From assembly GCA_040954595.2 (NCBI GenBank), contig CM082580.2, positions 1,602,783-1,666,782 of the forward strand: DNA of 64,000 bases, given 5' to 3'. The notes below the pieces were generated by a model. The model saw only the letters and a list, made by a program, of their open reading frames with translations. It searched no databases and was not told where the DNA came from. A program made the position numbers and the translations under genes. Origin of the DNA: Balanoglossus misakiensis (lineage: Eukaryota; Animalia; Hemichordata). Shown one piece after another: positions 13,301-22,937 of the stretch (position 1 is its first letter; every line of letters starts with the position of its first letter).

Positions 13301-14285
13301 ATAGGTATTTGACTCAGAGTAAACAAGATTGTGTAATTGATACATGTCAGAACGAGATAGAGATATCACGCGCTAAGTTCATGTTTAAGAAATATTAAGA
13401 TGACGTGTTCCTTTTATGACATAATACTTGACTAACGTATTAATAAGAGGTGGTGAAATTTGATATCACATTATTATCACCGGAGATCCGTGACGGGAGT
13501 CAACGAGCATGGATAGAGTCGTGTAATTCTTACGTGTGACCAGTAATAAACCACAACTATTTGTGTTACTCGGAAAACTTGTTGAAAGTCTCGTTATGCC
13601 TCTCGTTAAGTTTACGATATGCCGGGTACCTCTCTCTGACTCTATGAATATGTTGGGTGGAGAAGGAGAGGGAGAGAATTTACACTCTCACCCTTCGGAC
13701 GTGGCTGATTCCCCAAAGAAGCCCCGATGAGGTAAACGTCCGAAGGATGGCGGGCGTAACAAAACTACAGTGTTCGCAACATGACCTCAGGTCCGCCGCA
13801 GGTTTTGCATGTTACAGCAGAAAACGTCTCCGTCAGACCACTAAAAGTAATACCTTTAGGACATAAATTATTTATCTTGAAAGATATTGCTGTATGCAAA
13901 TTTCATCTCCGGATTGCTATCGGCGAAACATACCGAGGCTGTCGTCGCTATAGTTGGGACCGACAGTCGAGACCCACATTGTATTGTAAGGAAAGTTTTA
14001 GACGCAACTTAATCAAAGCAGGTATAGTTAGCAGAGCAGATTAAGTTAGCAGAGGAGTGTCGGTATCGTCCACCGTAAACAGGTGTATTCCTATCGGATT
14101 TCAAGCGACAGTCAATTCCACTGGTCATCGATGTTTTTCTCCAAGGTGTTTGAAATACGTCTGTTCGATAGAGTCGTTGTTCCAAAATATGCACGGATGC
14201 ACGGAATGCGACCACATCTGGTTGTTGACAACAAACTAAGGTAGATTATGACTATAATCCCAACTGTCTCCTGTGTGACACACTC

Positions 14286-16253
14286 CTGTTGTGATTATTG
14301 CTGGAATAGGCAATGTTTTAATCTGCCTGCAAAGACTCGTGTGACAAAGATTGTCGGCCAGTCAACATCACCAACGATATTAACAATATAAAATAAGTAA
14401 AATTTCAACGATTCAACTTCTTTTCTAGCTTCCTATCTGGATAGTTTGTTTTTTTTACTCTAAAGATCGCCTTTCTTCCAGGCCACGTGGCAAGAGACGT
14501 TATCAACTTCTACTATGATCGATGCGAGAGTACTATAGTATTCTCATATACACAGACAAAGGCCACCAAAATAAGAGAATCATTTGGTCAAATGGTAGAG
14601 GGCGCAAAAACAGATATTTCAAATGACAAAATTTTCCGATAAACGTGTTTAATCAAATCAAACTGTGCTCAATGGTATGCTTGCAAAAATTGAATACAAA
14701 TGAAACAAAACACAGCAACTGCCATGAACAAGAAGTTTATTCATGTCAAAATTCAATTTTTTTGAATCATTGATTTCAATTATCAGCTGAAAACTAAAAT
14801 TAGATTGTCATCTTGAACAGTATAAAATCAGCGAGCCATTAGACATTAAGTACCCAGCATACTAAAATAAAACCATGTAAACATGCACAATTAGATAATC
14901 AAATAATTTTTATTTATTCACCATGATGTTTTTAATGTATGTCAAGTCAAAGTACTTGAAGTTATGGACGATCAATTAAAATAGAAAACTGTAATTTTAA
15001 TGGCTGGGTAATGTATCCAATTTCTGCCCAATATATGAAATTTCCGAGTTAGCAACTGAAGAATTCGTGGGGAAAATAGTTACGTGATGTGTAACAGAAT
15101 TCACTTGGAAGTAAGGAGTTTTTGTAAAATCAACATGCATATTACAATTTATTTGAAAAAACTTGATTGGCAATGGAAAATTGGCGTTTAAATATATAGT
15201 ACTTCAAGATGAACAGATAAAATATAAGTTATTACAGATGTCATTTTACGACAACAAGGAATGGTAAATCGTTCTTTAATATCTTTAAAGATGCCAGGTC
15301 AAAGGTCACCTTTGCAAATTCAACCACTGGTACCATAGCCATTTCAAATGTAGCCAAAAGTGCGCCACCACTTTCTTCAAACATACTGAAACCATCTACA
15401 GGTTACCGTAGTCATATATCTCTTGGCATCCATGGCAGTTTAGCTAGTCATGAGCTGGCAAGGGGTGACCTGTAAGCTTTAAACTCTGGCTTCGGTAATG
15501 TCGACTCTGGCTCTGGCATATACTTGCAGGTCCATATGACCTTGGGGTGAACATGGTCATGAAGAAATAAATAGAATCTGTTTGGTGCATTGTCAACTTC
15601 ATTTTATAGTTTCAAAAAATTACAATATGATGAGTAATATTGTTGTTGTTTTCAAAGAGACTCACCACACACTTTAGTAAATCAATGACTTGAAAAAGTT
15701 TTGAGGACTATCATTTGTCAGAATCTCGGACCGCGAGGCACATACTACCTTAAATAGTTTCACTCGCAGCTTCTTGTGGGCAGTTTCTCCTTGCGTACCT
15801 GTACAGACACACCAGGAGGCCGTTCCCGATGAACAACTCAACCCACATGAAAACATTCAAGCGTCTGGTCACACCCATTTCCGTCAAACAAGAACATGAA
15901 TGAAACTGCGGAGGAAGAGAACGGGAGAGTGCCCATTAACCCTGTAATGACCAATCATTTACTGGAACAAGGTTCAGGATGTACGATCACTGGAGTTGAA
16001 AATAAGGTCATGGATTTGAAAATTATTTTGAGTTATGAAATTGAAAATACATATTTTTCATTGTGGATTCTCCGACATAAATATTATCAAAAACAATAAG
16101 GGTTGTCTTTTTAATTTATGACATATAACGCCATGAATCTAGCCCATTAATACAAAGGCAATACTAAAACACATTTCGGGTTAGCGTTATGACAACTTGA
16201 AGAAAGTATGAATACAAACTTTCTAAAGTAATATTTTAAAGGTTGGCGTATTG
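14286..16253 (+). repeat. Segmental duplication, copy 1 (~1.97 kb; partner 31185-33153)
   Basis: Starts CTGTTGTGATTATTGCTGGAATAGGC and ends GGTTGGCGTATTG in both copies; offset ~16.9 kb. Paired ORFs 15896/32797 and 15674/32575 are nearly identical. Confidence 0.95.
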
Positions 16254-16367
16254 ATTACAGCTTGTTTGTTCTGCTATTAATGGAAATTCGGTTAGAGCCG
16301 TTTGAGGCAACTCTTATTCTGTCAAAGTTATGGCGTTAACTTATTCTGATAAAGTTATGTTAACGCT

Positions 16368-16476
16368 AATCTGATTAAAATCAGATGTAGGGAACGGCGA
16401 CGTGTTTTTTATGCTGTCGCAGCATCAAAAAACTACGTCGCCATTCCCTAGGCCTACATCTGATTTCAAACAGATT
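16368..16476. mobile_element. Short hairpin MITE-like element (related copy at 16738-16840)
   Basis: AATCTGATTAAAATCAGATGTAGG...CCTACATCTGATTTCAAACAGATT fold-back. A second diverged copy with the same AATCTG...CAGATT ends lies at 16738-16840. Confidence 0.6.
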
Positions 16477-16510
16477 GTGTTAACATCAGGAACACTTTAC
16501 ATACATAAAC

Positions 16511-16721
16511 TACTGTAAAACACTTTATTTTAGCGAGTTGAAATTTTCACGATATCGAGAGAGGCTACTGTTTCGCGAGTATTAATTTTCGCGTTCTCTT
16601 ATTTCATTCACTGCATCGTTATCTTCAAAAATAATTATGCGACCTCTTATTTTCATACCATTTTGGCTCTCACGTATCTCGCGAAAATGTATTGCTCGCG
16701 AAAATAACTTGTTTCACAGTA
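16511..16721. mobile_element. MITE with TACTGT...ACAGTA ends
   Basis: TACTGTAAAACACTTTATTTTAGCGAG at the left and CTCGCGAAAATAACTTGTTTCACAGTA at the right form imperfect TIRs; internal TTTCGCG/CGCGAAA subrepeats. Confidence 0.65.
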
Positions 16722-17152
16722 TATGCAAATATGCAGTAATCTGAATAAAATCAGATGTATGGTACGACGACGTCTTTTACTTATGTGGTACAGTATTATT
16801 AGTATGCTGTCGTCATACCAACTGCGATTTTAGTCAGATTGTATGTACGTCAACACTGATTGTTGTGGCTGCCTTAAATAGGTTTTCACTTTGCGCTACC
16901 TCTATACGTAACGCGTTCACTCAGTAGACCAAAGTACACGGATGTCCAGCAGACAAGAGTTCCTGTTTATACCATGAGGCTAGAAGACTGTATTGTGTTA
17001 TTATACAGTGGTGCAGTCTAGATTTTAGTGAGGGATTGAAGCGAATCCAATTGCTTGCTTGAAACTCGCCCATCGTGATTGTGCATTGATAAAATACAAT
17101 AATCATACCACAGAAACATAAATTCCAGCTGCGCCTATCAGCGAGATTGTCA

Positions 17153-18080
17153 TAGCCTGGAGACCAGGGCGTCGGGGAAAAGAAACGCCCGGGGACAGTC
17201 TCTATTTACGAACAGAATTCTGTTCGTAGAACGACACGTGTGGTAAATCTTGCGTGTAAGCTAATTGGTCACTCAATGTTAACCACATGACATCGTCGCC
17301 TTCTAAATAAGGAAATAGAGGTGGAGTCATGTGTGAAATTCCCGCGATGGGATGTGGGAGTGGTTTTGAAAGTGTATGAATATTCATAACCAAGCTTTGT
17401 TAAAGGCACGTAAGGTGTAACTTTTGGGATAATTTTCATAATTTTTGTTTCAAACTGCACTACCATTAGTCCATGCAGATGGAGGTAGTGAACAATACAC
17501 AAGCATTATAAACCCTAAGTATGAGTGCATATGCAAGTTTTAACCAGATAAATAATAAAGCTTTGCCGCAAGCGATTATGGCCGCCACCGTGGGAAAATG
17601 CAAGAAACAATGAAAATGTTGCATTTCCGGTTGTGAAACTTCATAAACAAAACATGATCTCATCCACTTGAGCTCATGGAAGTAAATGTACACCACTGAG
17701 ACATCAGATTTTCATTTTTCATTGCAATATTGCGCTTTTTTTAAAATTGCAGGAATTTTCGTTTTTCTTTAATTTTTGGCCATTTTGTCATAAATAAGTG
17801 TTGAGCTTGATATATTATCATGAAATAGCATTTAATAGACATAATTAAAAGCATATATGAGATTATTTAAAACTTTAATTTTTTATCCAGTTACAGCTTA
17901 CGTGCCTTTAATTATATCATCCAACCACTGGCGCCCGTCAACATTTGATAGATCACTCGTTATCCATTTGTTACTAAGCGACCTCGATCGTTGCCAAGAC
18001 TACTATCTTTCAGCTCAGCAGGACTTGCTCGACTGTCCCCGAGCGTTGTATTTTAGATCGACGCCCTGGTCTCCCGGCTA
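17153..18080. mobile_element. Non-autonomous TIR element with 9-bp TSD (AcademH-like)
   Basis: TIR TAGCCTGGAGACCAGGGCGTCG / CGACGCCCTGGTCTCCCGGCTA; exact 9-bp TSD AGATTGTCA at 17144-17152 and 18081-18089; no coding capacity recognised. Confidence 0.85.
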
Positions 18081-18574
18081 AGATTGTCAATATATACGCC
18101 GCATGTTGCCAGCCAGGGCCCCGACTGACATTCCCTCTGAATATACACACCCCTCTATTGAAAATGGAACATTCCTGCAAGCAAAGCATGTTGTACTTGC
18201 TTACATCAGCTGTAGTGACTTGTGTAGACCCCCAGCGCGCGGCCTCTACTGTCTGTATATGGTCTGTCACAGTCCCCGGGAGTAACTGTCATGACAGAAA
18301 TCGGTTTGTCAACGGCAAAACGGAGATAAGGTGTTTTTTCCGAATATAGAATATTCAATTCTGTTTGATTCGGTCATGCCCAAAGTGTGCGTAGCTGTCG
18401 TCCTCTGACAACGCTCGCTCATATTTCATGCAGAGAACTTAAGTAGGTTCAAGCCAAGTTTTAATAGTTGGGCTAAGGTCTTCCCTGATAAGTGTTGAAA
18501 TGTTTGGGGTGTTACTGTCCGGGCTGTAACGACTTGGGTCGTGGAAAATGGGGGCTGAAACGACTGGGGCCGAA

Positions 18575-18630
18575 AGGGTCAGAGTGCCGGAACGACCTGT
18601 TTAAACATGTCGTTCCAGCACTATGACCCT
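18575..18630. repeat. Imperfect palindrome at the end of a short-subrepeat element
   Basis: AGGGTCAGAGTGCCGGAACGACCTGTTT|AAACATGTCGTTCCAGCACTATGACCCT, preceded by GGGCTGAAACGAC-like subrepeats from ~18520. Confidence 0.55.
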
Positions 18631-19619
18631 AAAGTGTTACCTAAGATAGTGTCCAGCGTCTAGCCGTTATTGAAATTATAGACCCTGCAGCGAGACTGAG
18701 CATGATTTGTTGTTGTCATGAAACTCATCTCGTACTCCAGTCACTTTCATACAAAACGGCTATGAGTGTCCAATGGTCTTTGTTGAGACTGTTTGACATT
18801 GAATGGCATTGACCTCGCGGGAGGATATCCTTCATGAATACAATGCAGGATATAATTTACATTGGCAAAGGGCTTTGAGGTGCACCAAATTAGTAATTTA
18901 GACACACCTTAATTATTACATGCCACCCCAAACTTTTTTAAAGCAAGAAACAAAATTGCAGTGCTTTTCCAATGACGCTTTTTAAAATGTAGAATCAGAT
19001 TGTTTTCTTGTCGCTCAGGTGTCCAAAATAAATATAGCTGTGATCAATTCCTACTTAAAGCAAACAAAAGTAAATTGAGATGAATGGGCACGTCCGGCCC
19101 ATATTTGACCCATTTCACATTTTTTCTTTCTTAGGCTGCATTCACAAACACCTCTGGAGGGGGGGGGGGGGGGAATTCATCTTTTACCGCTAATTTTCAC
19201 ATGCCCCCCCCCCCCTTTCACAACCCGAAATATTTTGAAATCCCCCTTCCGAACTGCCAAAATTTTGAAATCCCCCCATTTTCTTTCACAGAGCAAAACT
19301 CATAACTCTGCTCAAGCGCTCCCATGAAAAGAATTTGAAACTGATGTTTCCCCTCATCAGTGGTTATTAAAACTGAACATTGTTTTTATTTTTTAAGTAT
19401 TTTGTATGATTATAATTAAAAAATATACAACTTAGCTAAAATGCTTAGATGAGTTAATCAGATTTTCAAAGTCCACCTAAAAGATCATTTAATCTTTCCA
19501 GGGTGCGGTTTATGTTGGAGATAGTATCAGTTAGGCTATTTCTCAGAAAATCAATGAACGATCTGCGGACACCCCGAATAATATGTTACCACAACGCTAG
19601 CCAGGAAGCACATGGGACA

Positions 19620-19930
19620 TTTCACAATGAGGCAGTGAACACTGGGGGGACCAGACTGACACGTTAACCAATCAGGGAGCTGTATGGTGAATAAATACAT
19701 ATTAATAAGACCTAACCTACAAGGTCCTGCATAATGAGGCAGTGAACACTGGAGGACCAGACCTACACATTAACCAATCAGGGAGCTGTAAAGTGAATAA
19801 TGCATTGTAATAAGACCTAACCTACAAGGTCTGGTGAATAATACATAGTAATAAGACCTAACACATAAGGTCCCTCCAATCAGCGAGCCGCAAGTGGACC
19901 TTAGAGAAGTGGATAAACCAATCAGAACAT
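19620..19930 (+). repeat. Short degenerate tandem repeat (~106 bp) with multiple CCAAT boxes
   Basis: AATGAGGCAGTGAACACTGG at ~19626 and ~19732; TAATAAGACCTAAC three times; CCAATCAG four times. Confidence 0.7.
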
Positions 19931-19974
19931 GTAATACGTGTGCATAGGACCTGTAATGTAGGTCATTTTGAAAC

Positions 19975-20384
19975 AGGACTAGTTCACCATGACCAACCAC
20001 ATGACCCAGGAAATCGATCTGCTCATAACCCACATAACACTTAGTTGGTCTCGCTGTTAACTTTGCCTTTCGTAGTCTGCTCATCAAATCTGTAATTGTC
20101 TTGATATGTTCTTCCCATGATGCAGTGTGGATCAGTATGTGATCGATATAGTTGTCTACGTTCTTCATATCTCTTAACAATCTTCTCATAATTCTGCTAA
20201 AAGTCGCAGCACTATTTACAAGTCCGAAAGGCATTTTGATAAATTGGTATAGCCCATCATGCGTGATAAATGCCGTCAATTGTTTAGAATTATCAGTCAA
20301 CGGGACTTGCCAATATTCTTTGCTGAGATCTACTTTAGTGAAATAGTGATCCTTGGATAACTTAGCAAAAAGCAAAAAGCTCAC
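19975..20384 (-). pseudogene. pol: Reverse transcriptase, C-terminal part (frameshifted, truncated)
   Basis: YFTKVDLSKEYWQVPL, TAFIT, MPFGLVNSAATF; YIDD is mutated to YIDH. Homology stops after FLGHVVGHGEL. Frameshift relative to the upstream ORF near 20370. Confidence 0.9.
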
Positions 20385-21991
20385 TCAGGTCTGGTGTAGG
20401 CTCTGCATCAAACACTGTTATGCGATTGAGCTTTCTCATGTCAACACAACAACGATTGGACCCATCAGATTTCTTCACCATTACCAGTGGAACAGCATAT
20501 GGACTCTCTGAAGGTTCAGCTACTCCCATCTTAATCATCGTTTTGACTTCATCTTTCACTGCTTCACGGAGTGCATGAGGGATGGGGTATGGCCTACTGC
20601 ATACTGGTGTTGGATCCATCAACTTGATGTCATGGAAACCCAGGTTGGTGTTACCACGAATATCAGTTAACATATCTTTGTAATTGATCAGCAACCTCCT
20701 CACCACTTGCTTCTGTATGTCTGACAAGTTGTCACATACATTCACATCTGCAGCAAATTCTTTCTGCTTGAATGCAGGAACCCGCAGTAAGTCATCGTTT
20801 ACTTTAACCCCTGTGTTCTCTTGTACTTCTGAAGATTCATAACTCTGCTCATCTATCACAGATACACACACAATCTCAAGAAGTCCAGCTGATACTTCAT
20901 CTAGCTGATAAGTTCTTCGATAGTACCTCTTCAACAGGTTGGCATGGAATGTTTTCACCCTATGACCAAAGTCAATCTTGTAATCCATATTGCTCGCTTT
21001 CTCCACCACTGGAAAAGGACCCTTCCAGTGCATAAGTAGTTTATTATGGTCAGTAGGTAGTAGCAATAACACCTCGTCACCTTTGTTGAACTTCCTCCAT
21101 TTGGCCTTTCTATTGTAGTAGGACTTGTATTTGCCTTGTGATATCTTCAGTTCTTGTCTTGCTAAATCGCATGCCTTCTTTAATTTCTTTTGAAGATCAA
21201 GGATGTATTGATAAGTCGTTTTGGTTTCTGGTTCACTGATCTCTCCAGTCCATAGTTCTTTCAAGATAGCCATTGGACCACGCACACTCCTCCCATAAAG
21301 TAACTCAAACGGAGAGAATCCTGTGCTCGATTGAGGCGTTTCTCTGTAGGCAAATAGTAAAGCATTCAGATAACGATCCCAATATGTTGGACGTTCCTCA
21401 CACATCTTCCTGAGCATGAGTTTCAATGTACCATTGAACCGTTCCACTAGACCATTGAATGCTGGGTGGTATGGGGTGGTAGTCATCTGCTTTATAGACA
21501 AAAGCCGGCTGACCTCACGCATCACATCTGATGTAAATTGAGTTCCTTGATCTGTCAGAATTTCACGTGGACACCCCACTCTTGAGTAGATGTCCAGGAG
21601 CGCCTCTGCAACAGTCTTGGTATCAATGTTAGTCAATGCAACAGCCTCCGGATAGCGTGTTGCATAATCAACAACAGTAAGTATGTACCTATTCTTGCGT
21701 TCAGTGCATGGATGAATAGGGCCAACCAGGTCTACTGCAATACGTAGGAAAGGGATATCTATTAGTGGCATACTTCCAAGTGGTACCTTGGTCACCCGTC
21801 CCTTTGGTTGTGTCCGTTGACATGAATCACAGGACTGACAGTAACGGGAAACATCTGATGTTAGCCCAGGCCAAACGAAGTTGCTGAGGATCTTGTCTGT
21901 GGTCTTGTGAGTTCCGTGGTGACCACCCAGCACTGATTCATGGGCTAGTCTCATCACCTGGTTACGATACACTCTGGGAACCACCACCTGT
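20362..21991 (-). pseudogene. pol: Integrase followed by RT N-terminus (Gmr1 pol segment)
   Basis: HHCC (AHESVLGGHHG..CDSC), D (AVDLVGP), D (LTDQGTQF), E (LVERFN), GPF module, then RT start (PYPIP, SPYAVPLVMVKKSDGSNRCCVDMRKLN). Confidence 0.92.
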
Positions 21992-22714
21992 CACTACAGC
22001 TTGAACGACGCCACCTATGGGCAGTATTTCCGTGGCAGCCTATGAAGCTCATGAATATTTAATTAGACACAGTAATGGCGTTCGCGATCGAACACAGCTG
22101 TCGATGCACAGCATAATTCGGTGAGTAATATTGCTTTATTCCAAGTTTTGTTTAGTAAAATTAGCAAGATGTCAGAGACAATATGAAATAAAGTTGCGAT
22201 TCTGCTGTGTTATTTATGTGTATCAGCCAAATAACTTGAACATTTTGATCACCCGCTGACAGTCCCTGGCCGTTGCTATAGCAGAAGCCGTCCTAAGCAA
22301 CCATAAACAAACACTAAAAATTACAACGATTCAGCTTCACAGAATTGTTTTTTTCAATTTGAAAACCATACGAATTTAGTCTTTTATACGTAAACATAGG
22401 ATTCCATGTTTAAAATGCTGCTACAAGCAATATGACGAAATCATACCAAGCGAAAATATACGACCCTGTGTGTTCCTTGGCAGCAGCACGGGTTACATTG
22501 ATTGTAATGGCGGCGCTTCGAATTTTCGGCGACATGGTGATATTGTTCATAGAATTGACAGAAAATAAGACCGTAACTGAAAAATCAGAAACCAATAGTT
22601 TGTGCTAAAATATATTCTTGATATAATTCGCTGGAAATTCGAGGGTGAAAACGAAATAAGAAAAAAATGAATGGGCGAGATTGTTATGGTAAGGTTACCC
22701 ACATTCTTTCTATG

Positions 22715-22912
22715 TCACCTTTGACCTCAATTTCTGGAGGAAGTATAATGAGCAGGTGTTTTGTTTTTGCTTCCCTCGGATAGATAATTATTGTAAAGAT
22801 ATTTCTCTTGTTCACCTTTGACCTCAATTTCTGGAGGAAGTATAATGAGCAGGTGTTTTGTTTTTGCTTCCCTCGGATAGATAATTATTGTAAAGATATT
22901 TCTCTTGTTCAC
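22715..22912 (+). repeat. 97-bp tandem duplication in the putative first intron of the transposase gene
   Basis: TCACCTTTGACCTCAATTTCTGGAGG...GATATTTCTCTTGT occurs twice in tandem, immediately before the acceptor CCCTTTTCAG (22921). Confidence 0.9.
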
Positions 22913-22937
22913 CCTTTTCAGGTATAGATTTAGAGCC

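Noticed and set aside
678-13369. Many 60-130-aa ORFs with repeating MGENHQKMTNFRLCKISKFRRFLKK
   Set aside because: Translations of the 78-bp satellite, broken at variable homopolymers; not genes.
13691-13746. Hairpin CCTTCGGACGT..ACGTCCGAAGG with CCGATGA..GAAG resembling a hammerhead ribozyme
   Set aside because: The core requires CTGANGA and GAAA; both are mismatched and the flanking stems are not evident.
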